A stretch of 64,000 bases of DNA from a virus (taxonomy: Duplodnaviria > Caudoviricetes), in IMG/VR virus record IMGVR_UViG_3300005973_000002; one strand, written 5' to 3'. The notes beneath the pieces are model-generated. The model saw nothing but the letters and a program-made list of their open reading frames with translations. It ran no database searches and was not told where the DNA came from. Both the position numbers and the translations under genes were made by a program. Below are positions 9,793 through 19,758 of the stretch, piece after piece (within the stretch, counting starts at the first letter, position 1; each line of letters begins with the position of its first letter).

Positions 9793-10320
9793 ATGTCTAA
9801 GAAAATAAAAGTAAGCTACAGAGCGGACTATAAAACGGATGACCCAAATTGGTGGACGCCAACGAATAGGGCGTTATTAGGTAATAACGTGGCAGTAGAG
9901 TTCAAACGGCTCAATGAGCAAGCAAAGATACCACAATATAAAACGGCTCAAGCTGCTGGTATGGATGTTGCCTCAGTTGAGCAGGTTGTGTTGCCATCGG
10001 GTAAATTTACAATGGTTGGAACTGGCCTTGCCATGGCACTGCCCGATGGTTACGAGGCACAAGTGCGCCCTCGTTCTGGCTTGGCTGCAAAATATGGGGT
10101 AACTGTTTTAAATGCTCCAGGAACTATTGATGCTGATTATCGTGGTGAGATAAAAGTAATTTTAATCAATCATGGGCCAGAAGACTTTAAAATTGAAATA
10201 GGTGATAGAATTGCACAGCTCGTAATCAAAAAAGTTGAACAGCTAAAAGTATTCGAAGTTGAAAAGCTCGATGACACCGAACGAGGAACGGGTGGTTTTG
10301 GTTCCACGGGAGTTAAATGA
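9793..10320 (+). CDS. dut: trimeric dUTPase
   Basis: AGMD, RPRSGLA, GTIDADYRGE, RGTGGFGSTG motifs. Confidence 0.97.
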   Translation: MSKKIKVSYRADYKTDDPNWWTPTNRALLGNNVAVEFKRLNEQAKIPQYKTAQAAGMDVASVEQVVLPSGKFTMVGTGLAMALPDGYEAQVRPRSGLAAKYGVTVLNAPGTIDADYRGEIKVILINHGPEDFKIEIGDRIAQLVIKKVEQLKVFEVEKLDDTERGTGGFGSTGVK

Positions 10321-10381
10321 AGATAGCCAACACTATCAATTGCAGAGTGAATGTGAACAATGCCATTACTTAATTTAAGTA

Positions 10382-10927
10382 ATGGCAAAATCACTTGGGG
10401 AAGTCCTAAACATAGCACCAGGTACTTTAATCAAAGGATTGAAAGTTACCAGCTGTGGTAAAGTCGTTTTTTGTATAAACGGATGGGAGTTTGAACAACG
10501 ACGATTGGTAAAATCAATCATAACCCCAAACGACAGAGAACGATTTTGCTATACCTATTACAAAAATTCAAAAGTAAATGAATGTATTTCCAATAAATCT
10601 ATTCACATAACCAATAGAACAAATATTTCATATAACACTCTTAGGAGTAATGGAGAATCCTTCTTTAAAGATGTTCAAACTTGGTTTGCACGGGGATTGA
10701 TTGACAACGGTGAATGTCTTGGTATGTCCCTTGGAGAAAATTTTATAGCTATTCAACCAGCACATTATGATATGTATCGATCTGATTTTTATGAGTTGTA
10801 CGTTTTTCACAAAATATTAAATGAAGGTTCAATCAAATGGATCGTTTTGCAAGCTAAACAGGTTAGTAAACAATTAATTCTGTGTCACAATCCAGGATTG
10901 ATGGACATTATCCTGGAGATGCTATGA
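10382..10927 (+). CDS. hypothetical protein
   Basis: 181-aa ORF. Confidence 0.65.
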   Translation: MAKSLGEVLNIAPGTLIKGLKVTSCGKVVFCINGWEFEQRRLVKSIITPNDRERFCYTYYKNSKVNECISNKSIHITNRTNISYNTLRSNGESFFKDVQTWFARGLIDNGECLGMSLGENFIAIQPAHYDMYRSDFYELYVFHKILNEGSIKWIVLQAKQVSKQLILCHNPGLMDIILEML

Positions 10928-11946
10928 ACCATAAAACAATGCGACCTTATATTTTTATTGATGGTCTTAACGTTTTCATTCGCCACTATCTTGTAAACGA
11001 AACCCTGAACTCAAAAAGTGAGCCCATTGGGGGTGCTGTTGGCTTTTTGAAATTTGTTGATTACATAACCCGAGTAATGACTCCCTCGAAAGTCTTTGTG
11101 GTTTGGGAGTCTGGTGGAGGTTCGGCAAGACGTCGAAGCATATTCAAAGAGTACAAAAAAGATCGAGGCAAAATAAAAGAATTAAAAAAGATTCACAACG
11201 GAACAGCATCGATTCGAGATCAACTTGCTAATGATGAAGAGTGTAAGATAAAGCAGCTTTCACTTATCTACAAGCTTTTGAAAAACACGCCAGTGTGTCA
11301 GGTGTTCGTTAGTGGAACTGAATGTGATGACATCATTGCATATCTTGTAAAACACCAATTTAGTAATAATGGTGACATCGAAAAAATTGTCGTATCAGGT
11401 GATAAAGACTTCTATCAGCTACTTGATGATGATACCGTAAAGATTTACGATCCTGCTCGTAAAACGCTCTTAGACGGTGATTGGGTATTTAAGAAGTTCG
11501 GCATAGCTCCAAGAAACTTTTGTTTGGCCAGGGCTCTTGTAGGCGATAAGAGCGACAACATTGAAGGTGTTCCAGGGGTTGGCCTAAAGACTGTTGCAAA
11601 ACGTTTTCCCGATGTTGCCGATCGAACTCGTGATTTAAATGTTGATGACATATTGAAAACATGCGATGAACAAATAACATCAAAAGCTAAACAAAAGGTT
11701 TTCAAACAGATCAAGGAATCCGAGTCGATAGTCCGACGAAATTGGAAGTTGATGTTTCTGTCATCGAACATGTTGTCCGGAAAAGAGATATCAAAAATCA
11801 ATTATGCAGTTGAGAGTCACGAGCCTAAGATGAATAAAGTAAATCTCATCAAGGAAGTGATAGCTAATGGCATTTCAATTGCATTTGATTACGATACATT
11901 CTCAACTCAAATGAGAATGATGGCAAGTGTTAGCGACTCTGAATGA
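10924..11946 (+). CDS. 5'-3' exonuclease / T4 RNase H-like flap nuclease
   Basis: IDGLN, ECDD, SGDKDFYQL, GDKSDNIEGVPGVGLKT motifs. Confidence 0.93.
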   Translation: MNHKTMRPYIFIDGLNVFIRHYLVNETLNSKSEPIGGAVGFLKFVDYITRVMTPSKVFVVWESGGGSARRRSIFKEYKKDRGKIKELKKIHNGTASIRDQLANDEECKIKQLSLIYKLLKNTPVCQVFVSGTECDDIIAYLVKHQFSNNGDIEKIVVSGDKDFYQLLDDDTVKIYDPARKTLLDGDWVFKKFGIAPRNFCLARALVGDKSDNIEGVPGVGLKTVAKRFPDVADRTRDLNVDDILKTCDEQITSKAKQKVFKQIKESESIVRRNWKLMFLSSNMLSGKEISKINYAVESHEPKMNKVNLIKEVIANGISIAFDYDTFSTQMRMMASVSDSE

Positions 11947-12478
11947 TTTCTATTATCTTTTCGCCAGAATTAGCCAAGAGTAATTGAACCCCAAAATGTA
12001 ATGGATTTGGCAAATTTTTTAACTCAAACCGGTCTGCCGAGGAACTTTCCCAATTTAACGAAGGCTCAAATTCGGAAAGAACCACACCAATAAAGTTATA
12101 GTATTTGAAGTTGCCTGCTTTAAAAACATGAGCAGGTATCAAACGAATAGAACCCGAGTAACCGAGTTCTTCTTTTGCCTCTCTTGTGGCAGCTGAACTT
12201 GGTGATTCGCTTTCCCTGTCGATCTTTCCTCCAGGGATACCACACGTGCCAGGCTCATTTACATATTTGCTTCGAAGAGTCAATAATAAACGTCCAGTGT
12301 CTTTAGCAATGAGAAGAATCCCAGCTCCACGATTACCCCAGAATCTCGGATCATTGCCATGTGTAGCATGGTACTCGCCCTCTTTATCAGGAAGAAGGTG
12401 TGATTCGTCACTGTCAGAAATTTCTTCAAGAAATTTAAAAAGTGCGATTTCTATTAACTGTTTTAGTTTTGCACTCAC
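11930..12478 (-). CDS. Nudix hydrolase with LKQLIE..FLEE leader
   Basis: Nudix box GGKID...AATREAKEELG. Confidence 0.9.
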   Translation of the reverse strand: MSAKLKQLIEIALFKFLEEISDSDESHLLPDKEGEYHATHGNDPRFWGNRGAGILLIAKDTGRLLLTLRSKYVNEPGTCGIPGGKIDRESESPSSAATREAKEELGYSGSIRLIPAHVFKAGNFKYYNFIGVVLSEFEPSLNWESSSADRFELKNLPNPLHFGVQLLLANSGEKIIEIIQSR

Positions 12479-12640
12479 TCTGTATATAAATAGCTATTTT
12501 TTCCCTGAAAATACAAGAGTTACTAATAAAAATTTCTTAAAGACTCAACCGGAATTTTCTCACTCGAAGATCTCTTTAACCTACGATGCTTCAGCACCAC
12601 TCATTTTGTTGCTCGTAGGTTATTGTCTAATAAACTCTTG

Positions 12641-12669
12641 TTTATACACCTTTACGAGGATGGTAAAGT
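12641..12669 (+). promoter_or_regulatory. sigma70-like (extended -10) promoter for helicase
   Basis: TTTATA-N17-TAAAGT with upstream TG. Confidence 0.5.
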
Positions 12670-12697
12670 TTTCCCTACAGTACAATATTGAGGAGAT

Positions 12698-14095
12698 ATG
12701 ATGTCAGAAGAAATGCCTGAACAAACTACAAAATTCGCATTTGATAAAGCCTTCCAAGAGAAGATCGTACAAGCAATGCTTGTAGACCGTCAATGGGGAG
12801 CACAGTTCGCTGAGGTTGTGGATGTTGATTACTTTGATTATGGTTATCTGAAGCTTGTTTCGGCAGTACACCTTCGATATTACACTAAATACAAAGAGTT
12901 TCCATCAGTCGAACTCCTCATCACTCAATTGAAAGATGAGTTAAAAAACGACAAAGATGGTGTTCTCTTAGATCAAGTTAAGACTTTTCTAAAGCGAGTT
13001 AAAACAAACCAAGATTTGGGCGATTTACCATTGGTAAAAGAGAAGGCGCTAGATTTCTGTAAAAAGGTCCGTTTGCAGAAAGCATTGGAGCACAGCGTTG
13101 ATCTCATTGAGAAAGAAAATTATGAAAAAATTGTTGATGTGGTCCGTGAGGCAATTCATGCAGGCAATCATCATTCGCCAGGTCTTGATCTTTTTGAAGA
13201 TGTCGAAGCTAGATACTCAGAGACCTATCGCAGAACAATTCCGACCGGAATTCAAGAGTTGGATCAAAGAAAAATTCTGAACGGCGGTCTTGGTGCTGGA
13301 GAACTAGGTGTAGTTGTTGCACCAACAGGTGTTGGCAAGTCTCATGTGTTAGTTCACGTAGGCGCCCAAGCTATCCTACAGGGAAAAAACGTGCTTCATT
13401 ACACATTTGAGTTAAATGAAAGAGCAATGGGTATTCGATATGACTCACACATCATGGACATTGCCTCTCTTGAATGTTACGATTGCAAAGAGGAAATTAA
13501 CCAATACTATCAGGAAAACAGAGACAAGCTTGGTCGACTTCGTATCAAATATTATCCAACGTCTACAGCAACTGCAATGACACTTAGGACTCATATTGAC
13601 AAGCTTGCTTCCACACAGAAGTTTATTCCAGATGTTATAGTAGTAGATTATGCTGGAATTATGCGCTCGTCAGATAGGCACGAGCTACTAAGAATGGAAC
13701 TCAAAAAAGTTATGGAGGAACTGAGAGCCCTTGCTACAGAATTAGATGTTCCTCTCTGGACTGCAATTCAATCAAACAAAGAAGGTGCCCAAGCGGATAT
13801 CGTCGATCTTACTAACATGGCCGAAGGATACTCCCAGGCGCACGTGGCAGATTTCGTCCTTGGTTTGATGCGTAAATCAGCACAAAAAGCAACGGGATTT
13901 GGAAATATCTTTATTGCGAAAAACAGAGCTGGGATGGACGGCATCAAATACCAAATTCATCTAGACACCTCTAAATCAAAGCTGCGTGTTTTGACTGATG
14001 AAGAGATTGCAGATAGAGACTCTGTGACAGAAGAAGATGACGAAACGCAATCATTTCTTCGTCGAAAGCTTAAAGATATCCAGAGTAAGAAGTAA
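12698..14095 (+). CDS. replicative DnaB-family helicase, T4 gp41-like
   Basis: IPTG..LD, APTGVGKS, VVDYAG, WTAIQSN, AKNRAG motifs. Confidence 0.93.
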   Translation: MMSEEMPEQTTKFAFDKAFQEKIVQAMLVDRQWGAQFAEVVDVDYFDYGYLKLVSAVHLRYYTKYKEFPSVELLITQLKDELKNDKDGVLLDQVKTFLKRVKTNQDLGDLPLVKEKALDFCKKVRLQKALEHSVDLIEKENYEKIVDVVREAIHAGNHHSPGLDLFEDVEARYSETYRRTIPTGIQELDQRKILNGGLGAGELGVVVAPTGVGKSHVLVHVGAQAILQGKNVLHYTFELNERAMGIRYDSHIMDIASLECYDCKEEINQYYQENRDKLGRLRIKYYPTSTATAMTLRTHIDKLASTQKFIPDVIVVDYAGIMRSSDRHELLRMELKKVMEELRALATELDVPLWTAIQSNKEGAQADIVDLTNMAEGYSQAHVADFVLGLMRKSAQKATGFGNIFIAKNRAGMDGIKYQIHLDTSKSKLRVLTDEEIADRDSVTEEDDETQSFLRRKLKDIQSKK

Positions 14096-14118
14096 CAAGA
14101 TTTAATCAGTATTAATAT

Positions 14119-17100
14119 ATGGAGAAAAAAATGGTAACTTATGAAGAGGCTTTGAAAGAATCACTTGCATACTTCAACGGAGACGATTTAGCGGCGCAAG
14201 TCTTTCTTAAGAAGTATGCTTTACAGACGCCGGAAGGTGTTTATATGGAAAAAACGCCTGAAGATATGCACCGTAGGCTAGCAAAAGAGTTTGCAAGAAT
14301 TGAAGCCAAATACGAAAACCCGTTAAGTGAAGAAAAAATATACTCGTATTTGAAAAATTTTAAATATATAGTTCCGCAAGGGTCGCCAATGGCAGGTGTT
14401 GGCAACCCATACCAAGTGATGTCACTTTCTAATTGTTTTGTTATTGAATCTCCATATGATTCTTATGGTGGTATTTGCAAGACTGATCAAGAACAAGCAC
14501 AATTGATGAAACGTCGTGGTGGGGTTGGCTTTGACATTTCTTCAATTCGACCAAAAGGGTTGTTAACAGCTAATGCCGCAAAAACAACCGATGGCATTGG
14601 GTTGTTCATGGAAAGATATTCCAACACCTGCCGGGAAGTTGCACAGGGCGGTCGCCGAGGCGCATTAATGTTAACAATTTCGGTACACCATCCTGAGATT
14701 CGTACATTTGTAAACATTAAACGAGACCTTGGAAAAGTTACAGGTGCAAATATTTCAGTTCGCCTCTCTGATGAATTCATGCAAGCTGTTAAAGACGACA
14801 AAGACGTCGAATTACGTTGGCCTGTTGAAGAAAAGAAAAATCCCTCAGTCAAAGGCAGAGTCAACGCAAGACAACTTTGGCATGAAATAATTGAATCAGC
14901 CCATGCTAGCGCAGAGCCTGGACTTTTATTTTGGGACACTGTCAGGAACTGGTCTCCTGCTGACGCTTATGAAAAACTCGGATTTGGTACAACTTCCACC
15001 AATCCGTGTGGCGAAATCACCCTTTCTCCTTATGATTCTTGCCGACTTTTGCTGGTAAATGTTGTTTCTTTCGTTAAAGAACCTTTTACCAGCAAGGCAG
15101 AAATTGATTGGAAATTGTTTGCCGAAGTTGTGCAAGCTGCTCAAAAAATGATGGACGATATCGTCGATCTTGAACTTGAGTGTATTGACAAAATTCTTGA
15201 CAAAATTGAAAAGGACCCGGAGCCAGACGACGTCAAAGCTTTAGAAAAAGCTCTTTGGAACAAAATAAAGCAGTCAGCAGCTGACGGAAGAAGAACCGGA
15301 CTTGGAGTTACAGCCATTGGTGATGCGTTGGCTGCACTCAACATTCGTTACGGAAGCGATGAATCCGTTAAAATGGTAAATGAAATTTATAAGAATCTTG
15401 CAATTAATTCCTACCGTTCGTCGGTACGTATGGCTAAAGAACGTGGCGCCTTTCCTGTGTATGATTATGAGCTTGAAAGAAATCATCCATTTATCAATAG
15501 AATAATGGATGAAGATAAAGAACTAAGAAAAATGTGGGAAAAGTATGGCAGGAGAAACATTGCAAATACTACGACAGCACCAGCTGGTTCTGTCTCAGTT
15601 TTAACACAAACCACATCGGGAATTGAGCCAGCCTTTCTTCTTTCATACACCAGAAGACGAAAAATTAATCCAGATGATGTAGATGCAAGAGTTGATTTCG
15701 TTGATGACCTTGGTGATAAATGGCAAGAATACAAGGTCTATCACCATGGATTTAAAAAATGGATGGAGGTTACCGGAAAATCAAACCCAGAAGAAAGTCC
15801 ATATCATGGTGCAACCTCTAATGATATCAACTGGGTTAATAAAGTTCGAGCCCAGGCAGCAGCCCAAAAATGGATTTGTCATTCAATTTCTAATTGTGTC
15901 TCCGCCGATACGTCCATAATGACAAACCAAGGACTTTATAAAATAGAAGAGCTAGCTCAGCACGCTAAAGTTAAAAAATTTGCTCCAATCAAACAGGATG
16001 AACTTTATTCTAGGAACAAAAATGGTCTGGTCGCAAAGATAACCGAAGCATACAATAATGGGGTTGAACAAACTTTGCGAATTCAATGCGTTGGGGGTTA
16101 TGAAATTCAATGCACTCCAAGACATCAACTGGTGACGCTCAATTTAAATGGAGATAGAATATGGAAACGAGCAGACGAACTATCCCCAGGAGATATTGTT
16201 GTTGGGCAAAAGGGACATCAACTTTGGAATTCTAAGGTTGGCGAACAAACATTAGAGGAGCTGAACGGCAGCAAGTTCAATTTTGTTAAAAACATGCAAC
16301 ACAAATCAATTAAATTTCCAAAGAAAATGAGCAAAAAGCTTGCCCGACTTCTTGGTTATATGTGCTCTGATGGTTTTGTAACCAAAACCGGAATTGGTCT
16401 TTCGCAAAGTAGAAACAATGTAAGCGAAGATTTCCAGAATTTGATTGCTGATTTGTTTGTATTACAAACTACTGTCACAAAGGATAAACGTTCGAAAACA
16501 TTACATTCTTATCGGGTTAATTCAAAGGAACTTTCACAATTTTTCCAATGGCTTGGCATAACCAAGCATGACAAAATTGAAGTTCCAAGAGTTGTGCGCC
16601 TTGCTGGTAAAAGCCATGTCAAAGAATTCATTAAGGGATTGACCTTGGATGGCCATGTTACTAAGGACAATTTGTGTGTTGCAACATCAATTAGTAAACC
16701 AATGTTGCAGCAAGTTCAAATGTTGTTGTTGAACATGGGCATAGTGGCAAATCTGATCAAAACTCACAATGGTGGAAAAGTTACGTTCCCATCTGGAAAT
16801 GTAAGCAATACACAACCGGCTTGGTCTTTATATATTTCAGACAGTGCCGAAGCTGCACGTTTCTTACGAGCAGTCGGTTTTGCAGAGACAGATAAAACCA
16901 ACAAGGCAAAAACTCTCTTTAAGAAATCTTCTAGACTAAAATTGAAGGGCGAGGTACCTGATTTTGAATTTCGTAAGAAGTTCCGACAAGGTCCGCTTAA
17001 AAAACTCAAATCAAATTCATTGTATGAAAAGTTTCAGAGTCTTTCTCACCCATCAAAGGATGGTATGAAGCTTTCACGTGAGACGCTTTTGGAAATGGCA

Positions 17101-17943
17101 GACGTGGGTCTGAAATTGCCGGAAGAATTTATATCACAAAATTGGATTTTTTGGACAATCAAATCTGTTGAAGATGCAGGAATGGTTCAAACTTATGACC
17201 TTTCTGTTCCAAACGGAAATGCATACCTGGCCAATGGGTTTACTTCACATAACACAACAAACGTGCCTGAAGATACTACCATAGAAACCATTAAAAACAT
17301 TTACATGACTGGGTGGGAAACGGGATGCAAGGGTGTAACTGTTTACCGTGATAAGAGTCGTAGCGGTGTTCTTGTTAGCTCTTCTTCTACTTCACGTGAA
17401 AAAAAGAATTTCTCTGAGAATCATGCACCGAAGCGCCCAAAAGTTCTTCCGTGCGACATTTACCATGTTCAAGTAAAAGGTGAGAAGTGGAATTTCTTTG
17501 TTGGATTGTATGAAGACAAACCTTATGAAATCTTTGCAGGAAGAGCAAAACACATTCATCTGCCAAGAAGTCGAAAGAATGGTGTTATAAAAAAGAATGG
17601 TCATTACAATCTTTACACTGGAGATGGTGAAAATGAATTGAAGATTGAAGACTTGGCCACGGTTTTTGAAAATCCAACTGAAAGTGCCTTTACTAGAACC
17701 GTATCTCTTTCATTAAGACATGGTGTTCCAATCCAATATCTTGTTGAACAAATAGAAAAGGGAGCTGATAAAGAAAATGATATGTTCTCTCTTTCAAAGG
17801 GATTGATGAGAATTCTTAAAAGGTACATTAAGGATGGCACCAAACCTTCAACAAAGAAATGTCCAGAATGTGGTTCAGCAGAACTCGCATACCAAGAAGG
17901 ATGTTTGACTTGTAAGTCATGTGGTTATTCTAAATGTGGGTAA
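14119..17943 (+). CDS. nrdJ: class II (B12-dependent) ribonucleotide reductase containing an intein
   Basis: SLSNCFV, GGVG, TNPCGE, SCRL, TTAPAGS, TSGIEP, GCKGVTVYRD and C-terminal CPECG...CxxCGYSKC. Confidence 0.95.
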   Translation: MEKKMVTYEEALKESLAYFNGDDLAAQVFLKKYALQTPEGVYMEKTPEDMHRRLAKEFARIEAKYENPLSEEKIYSYLKNFKYIVPQGSPMAGVGNPYQVMSLSNCFVIESPYDSYGGICKTDQEQAQLMKRRGGVGFDISSIRPKGLLTANAAKTTDGIGLFMERYSNTCREVAQGGRRGALMLTISVHHPEIRTFVNIKRDLGKVTGANISVRLSDEFMQAVKDDKDVELRWPVEEKKNPSVKGRVNARQLWHEIIESAHASAEPGLLFWDTVRNWSPADAYEKLGFGTTSTNPCGEITLSPYDSCRLLLVNVVSFVKEPFTSKAEIDWKLFAEVVQAAQKMMDDIVDLELECIDKILDKIEKDPEPDDVKALEKALWNKIKQSAADGRRTGLGVTAIGDALAALNIRYGSDESVKMVNEIYKNLAINSYRSSVRMAKERGAFPVYDYELERNHPFINRIMDEDKELRKMWEKYGRRNIANTTTAPAGSVSVLTQTTSGIEPAFLLSYTRRRKINPDDVDARVDFVDDLGDKWQEYKVYHHGFKKWMEVTGKSNPEESPYHGATSNDINWVNKVRAQAAAQKWICHSISNCVSADTSIMTNQGLYKIEELAQHAKVKKFAPIKQDELYSRNKNGLVAKITEAYNNGVEQTLRIQCVGGYEIQCTPRHQLVTLNLNGDRIWKRADELSPGDIVVGQKGHQLWNSKVGEQTLEELNGSKFNFVKNMQHKSIKFPKKMSKKLARLLGYMCSDGFVTKTGIGLSQSRNNVSEDFQNLIADLFVLQTTVTKDKRSKTLHSYRVNSKELSQFFQWLGITKHDKIEVPRVVRLAGKSHVKEFIKGLTLDGHVTKDNLCVATSISKPMLQQVQMLLLNMGIVANLIKTHNGGKVTFPSGNVSNTQPAWSLYISDSAEAARFLRAVGFAETDKTNKAKTLFKKSSRLKLKGEVPDFEFRKKFRQGPLKKLKSNSLYEKFQSLSHPSKDGMKLSRETLLEMADVGLKLPEEFISQNWIFWTIKSVEDAGMVQTYDLSVPNGNAYLANGFTSHNTTNVPEDTTIETIKNIYMTGWETGCKGVTVYRDKSRSGVLVSSSSTSREKKNFSENHAPKRPKVLPCDIYHVQVKGEKWNFFVGLYEDKPYEIFAGRAKHIHLPRSRKNGVIKKNGHYNLYTGDGENELKIEDLATVFENPTESAFTRTVSLSLRHGVPIQYLVEQIEKGADKENDMFSLSKGLMRILKRYIKDGTKPSTKKCPECGSAELAYQEGCLTCKSCGYSKCG
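15895..17253 (+). mobile_element. LAGLIDADG intein (453 aa) in RNR
   Basis: HSISN|CVSADT ... YDLSV...NGFTSHN|TTNVP; LLGYMCSDG and FIKGLTLDG endonuclease motifs. Confidence 0.95.
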
Positions 17944-17986
17944 TTTGAAGCACTAGTCCACTGTTGTAACAATTTGCCACCTTCCC

Positions 17987-17993
17987 CTATTTA
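17987..17993 (+). promoter_or_regulatory. CTAYTTA putative late promoter (representative copy)
   Basis: CTATTTA/CTACTTA recurs shortly upstream of starts at 12487-93(-), 17987, 24123, 26638-44(-), 32665, 33843-49(-), 36424, 39522-28(-), 50314. Confidence 0.65.
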
Positions 17994-18030
17994 TATTCTG
18001 TACCAATGTTGAGGTTCAGAAGGAAGCAGT

Positions 18031-18885
18031 GTGGGAAGGTGGCATTTTTTTAGTAGTCTAACGTGTATCGCTACACTAATAAGTCTGACCCTTGTGATGG
18101 GGTGTGGTAGTTCACTATCCTATCTATCCCGTCCAGGCAATCCAGAACAATATGAGCATTACAGAAATGCTACCGTGGCACTCGTAGAACTTACCTCGGG
18201 TGGGAACATGGTTGGTCCAAATTGTTCTGGTTTTTTTATTTCTCCTAGACGATTAGTGACCGCCGAACACTGTGTTGTGGATCAAGGACAGGTGCTTGAA
18301 TTTGCACCAGGCGTAGGACGCAGAATAATACCCGTAACACCTGAACCAACTATAGGTCGTGAAATTCTTTTCGTGTCATACGAAGATGAAGAAGACTTTT
18401 TCAGCAGGGAACACAGACCAAGCCGAGGTCCAAACTACCATCGTTCAAAAGTTATTGCTGTTGATACAGAAAACGATGTTGCCATCCTAGAATTAATTGA
18501 CGGCGAAGAGGATTGGGTAAGTTGGTTTGAGATGAGAAATCTTGAACAAGAGCCTGTGCTTGTAGGTGAAAGAGTCTTTGCCATCAGTGATCCCGTTGGG
18601 CAAACTTTTATGCTCGGCGAAGGAATCATTTCCAGAGTAAGAGTGATAGAAAACAAGGTCAGAATTTTTCATCAAGTGAGAGTAGGGCCAGGTTCTTCAG
18701 GAAGTGTCCTTTTGGATAGACAAGCAAGAGTTATAGGTGTAAACGTAGCTATTTCTCGTAACAACATATTGACAATAACCATACCTGCTACATACATCCA
18801 AGCTCAATTGAATACCCTTGAAACCCAGCGTGAGTCTCAAACAGTAGATGAAAATGCTGGACTTTCGGAGGATTTACATGAATAG
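18031..18885 (+). CDS. trypsin-like (S1) serine protease lipoprotein
   Basis: lipobox VMG|C; TAEHC, NDVAIL, GPGSSGS catalytic triad. Confidence 0.9.
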   Translation: MGRWHFFSSLTCIATLISLTLVMGCGSSLSYLSRPGNPEQYEHYRNATVALVELTSGGNMVGPNCSGFFISPRRLVTAEHCVVDQGQVLEFAPGVGRRIIPVTPEPTIGREILFVSYEDEEDFFSREHRPSRGPNYHRSKVIAVDTENDVAILELIDGEEDWVSWFEMRNLEQEPVLVGERVFAISDPVGQTFMLGEGIISRVRVIENKVRIFHQVRVGPGSSGSVLLDRQARVIGVNVAISRNNILTITIPATYIQAQLNTLETQRESQTVDENAGLSEDLHE

Positions 18886-19750
18886 ATTTTTATCATTTTT
18901 GTTTGCTTTTATTTTATCGGTTGGATGCTCAAATTCATCAGTTGGTAGTTATAGATACATTGACAATATCAATAATGTAGTGCATCTACAGCACTCTGTT
19001 GTTGTTATTGTAAACAAAAATGAAAATGGTAGATTGAGCACTCCACAATGTACAGCCTTTTATGTGTCACCTAGACGATTAGCAACAGCTCTTCACTGTG
19101 TTCAAAATTCCACTGCTCAAATGGCTACAGTAGCACCAGGTATTATAATACAAATTAATGAAGATGCAGAATCTGAACCAGTAATTGGTCGTGAAGTCTT
19201 ATTTGTAGATTGGGAAGAACATCGTAGGTTTATTCAAAATTTTGATTCAAATAGCGATCCAATAGCAAGGCATTCAACAGTTGTTGGAGTTGATCCCGAA
19301 AATGATATTGCGCTAATTGAGTTAAAAGAAGAAGAAGAAAGTTCAAGACATTGGCTTTCACTTGCCACTGATGTTAATGTAGGTGAAAAAACCTACACCA
19401 TGGGTATGCCGAGTAATCAAATATGGTTGTTGTCTGAGGGAATTGTTTCCTCAATTAGGGTTTTTCCAGACGAACGGCGTCGCATTTTATTTCAAGGCTT
19501 GGTAGCCCCAGGGGCTTCTGGTAGCCCTGTTATTGATAACTTTGGGCATGTTGTTGGTGTCACCATACAATACGTTAGAGAAGTACCGGATCTGGGGGTT
19601 GCGTCGTCGAGTCATGATTTGTTACAGCTAATGGAGCAAAACATTCAAACCGTTATTACTTTACCAATGAACAATTTAGAAGAACAAGAAGACCCAACAA
19701 CTTGCGATTCAAGTGTTTCTTCTTGTTCATTGCCAGATTCTGAAGAATAG
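18878..19750 (+). CDS. second trypsin-like serine protease lipoprotein (paralog)
   Basis: lipobox SVG|C; TALHC, NDIALI, PGASGSP; GGAGG SD before ATG 18878. Confidence 0.9.
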   Translation: MNRFLSFLFAFILSVGCSNSSVGSYRYIDNINNVVHLQHSVVVIVNKNENGRLSTPQCTAFYVSPRRLATALHCVQNSTAQMATVAPGIIIQINEDAESEPVIGREVLFVDWEEHRRFIQNFDSNSDPIARHSTVVGVDPENDIALIELKEEEESSRHWLSLATDVNVGEKTYTMGMPSNQIWLLSEGIVSSIRVFPDERRRILFQGLVAPGASGSPVIDNFGHVVGVTIQYVREVPDLGVASSSHDLLQLMEQNIQTVITLPMNNLEEQEDPTTCDSSVSSCSLPDSEE

Positions 19751-19758
19751 TTATATGC

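Noticed and set aside
12485-12492. T4-type late promoter TATAAATA on the + strand
   Set aside because: Better explained as the reverse complement of CTATTTA serving the minus-strand Nudix gene.
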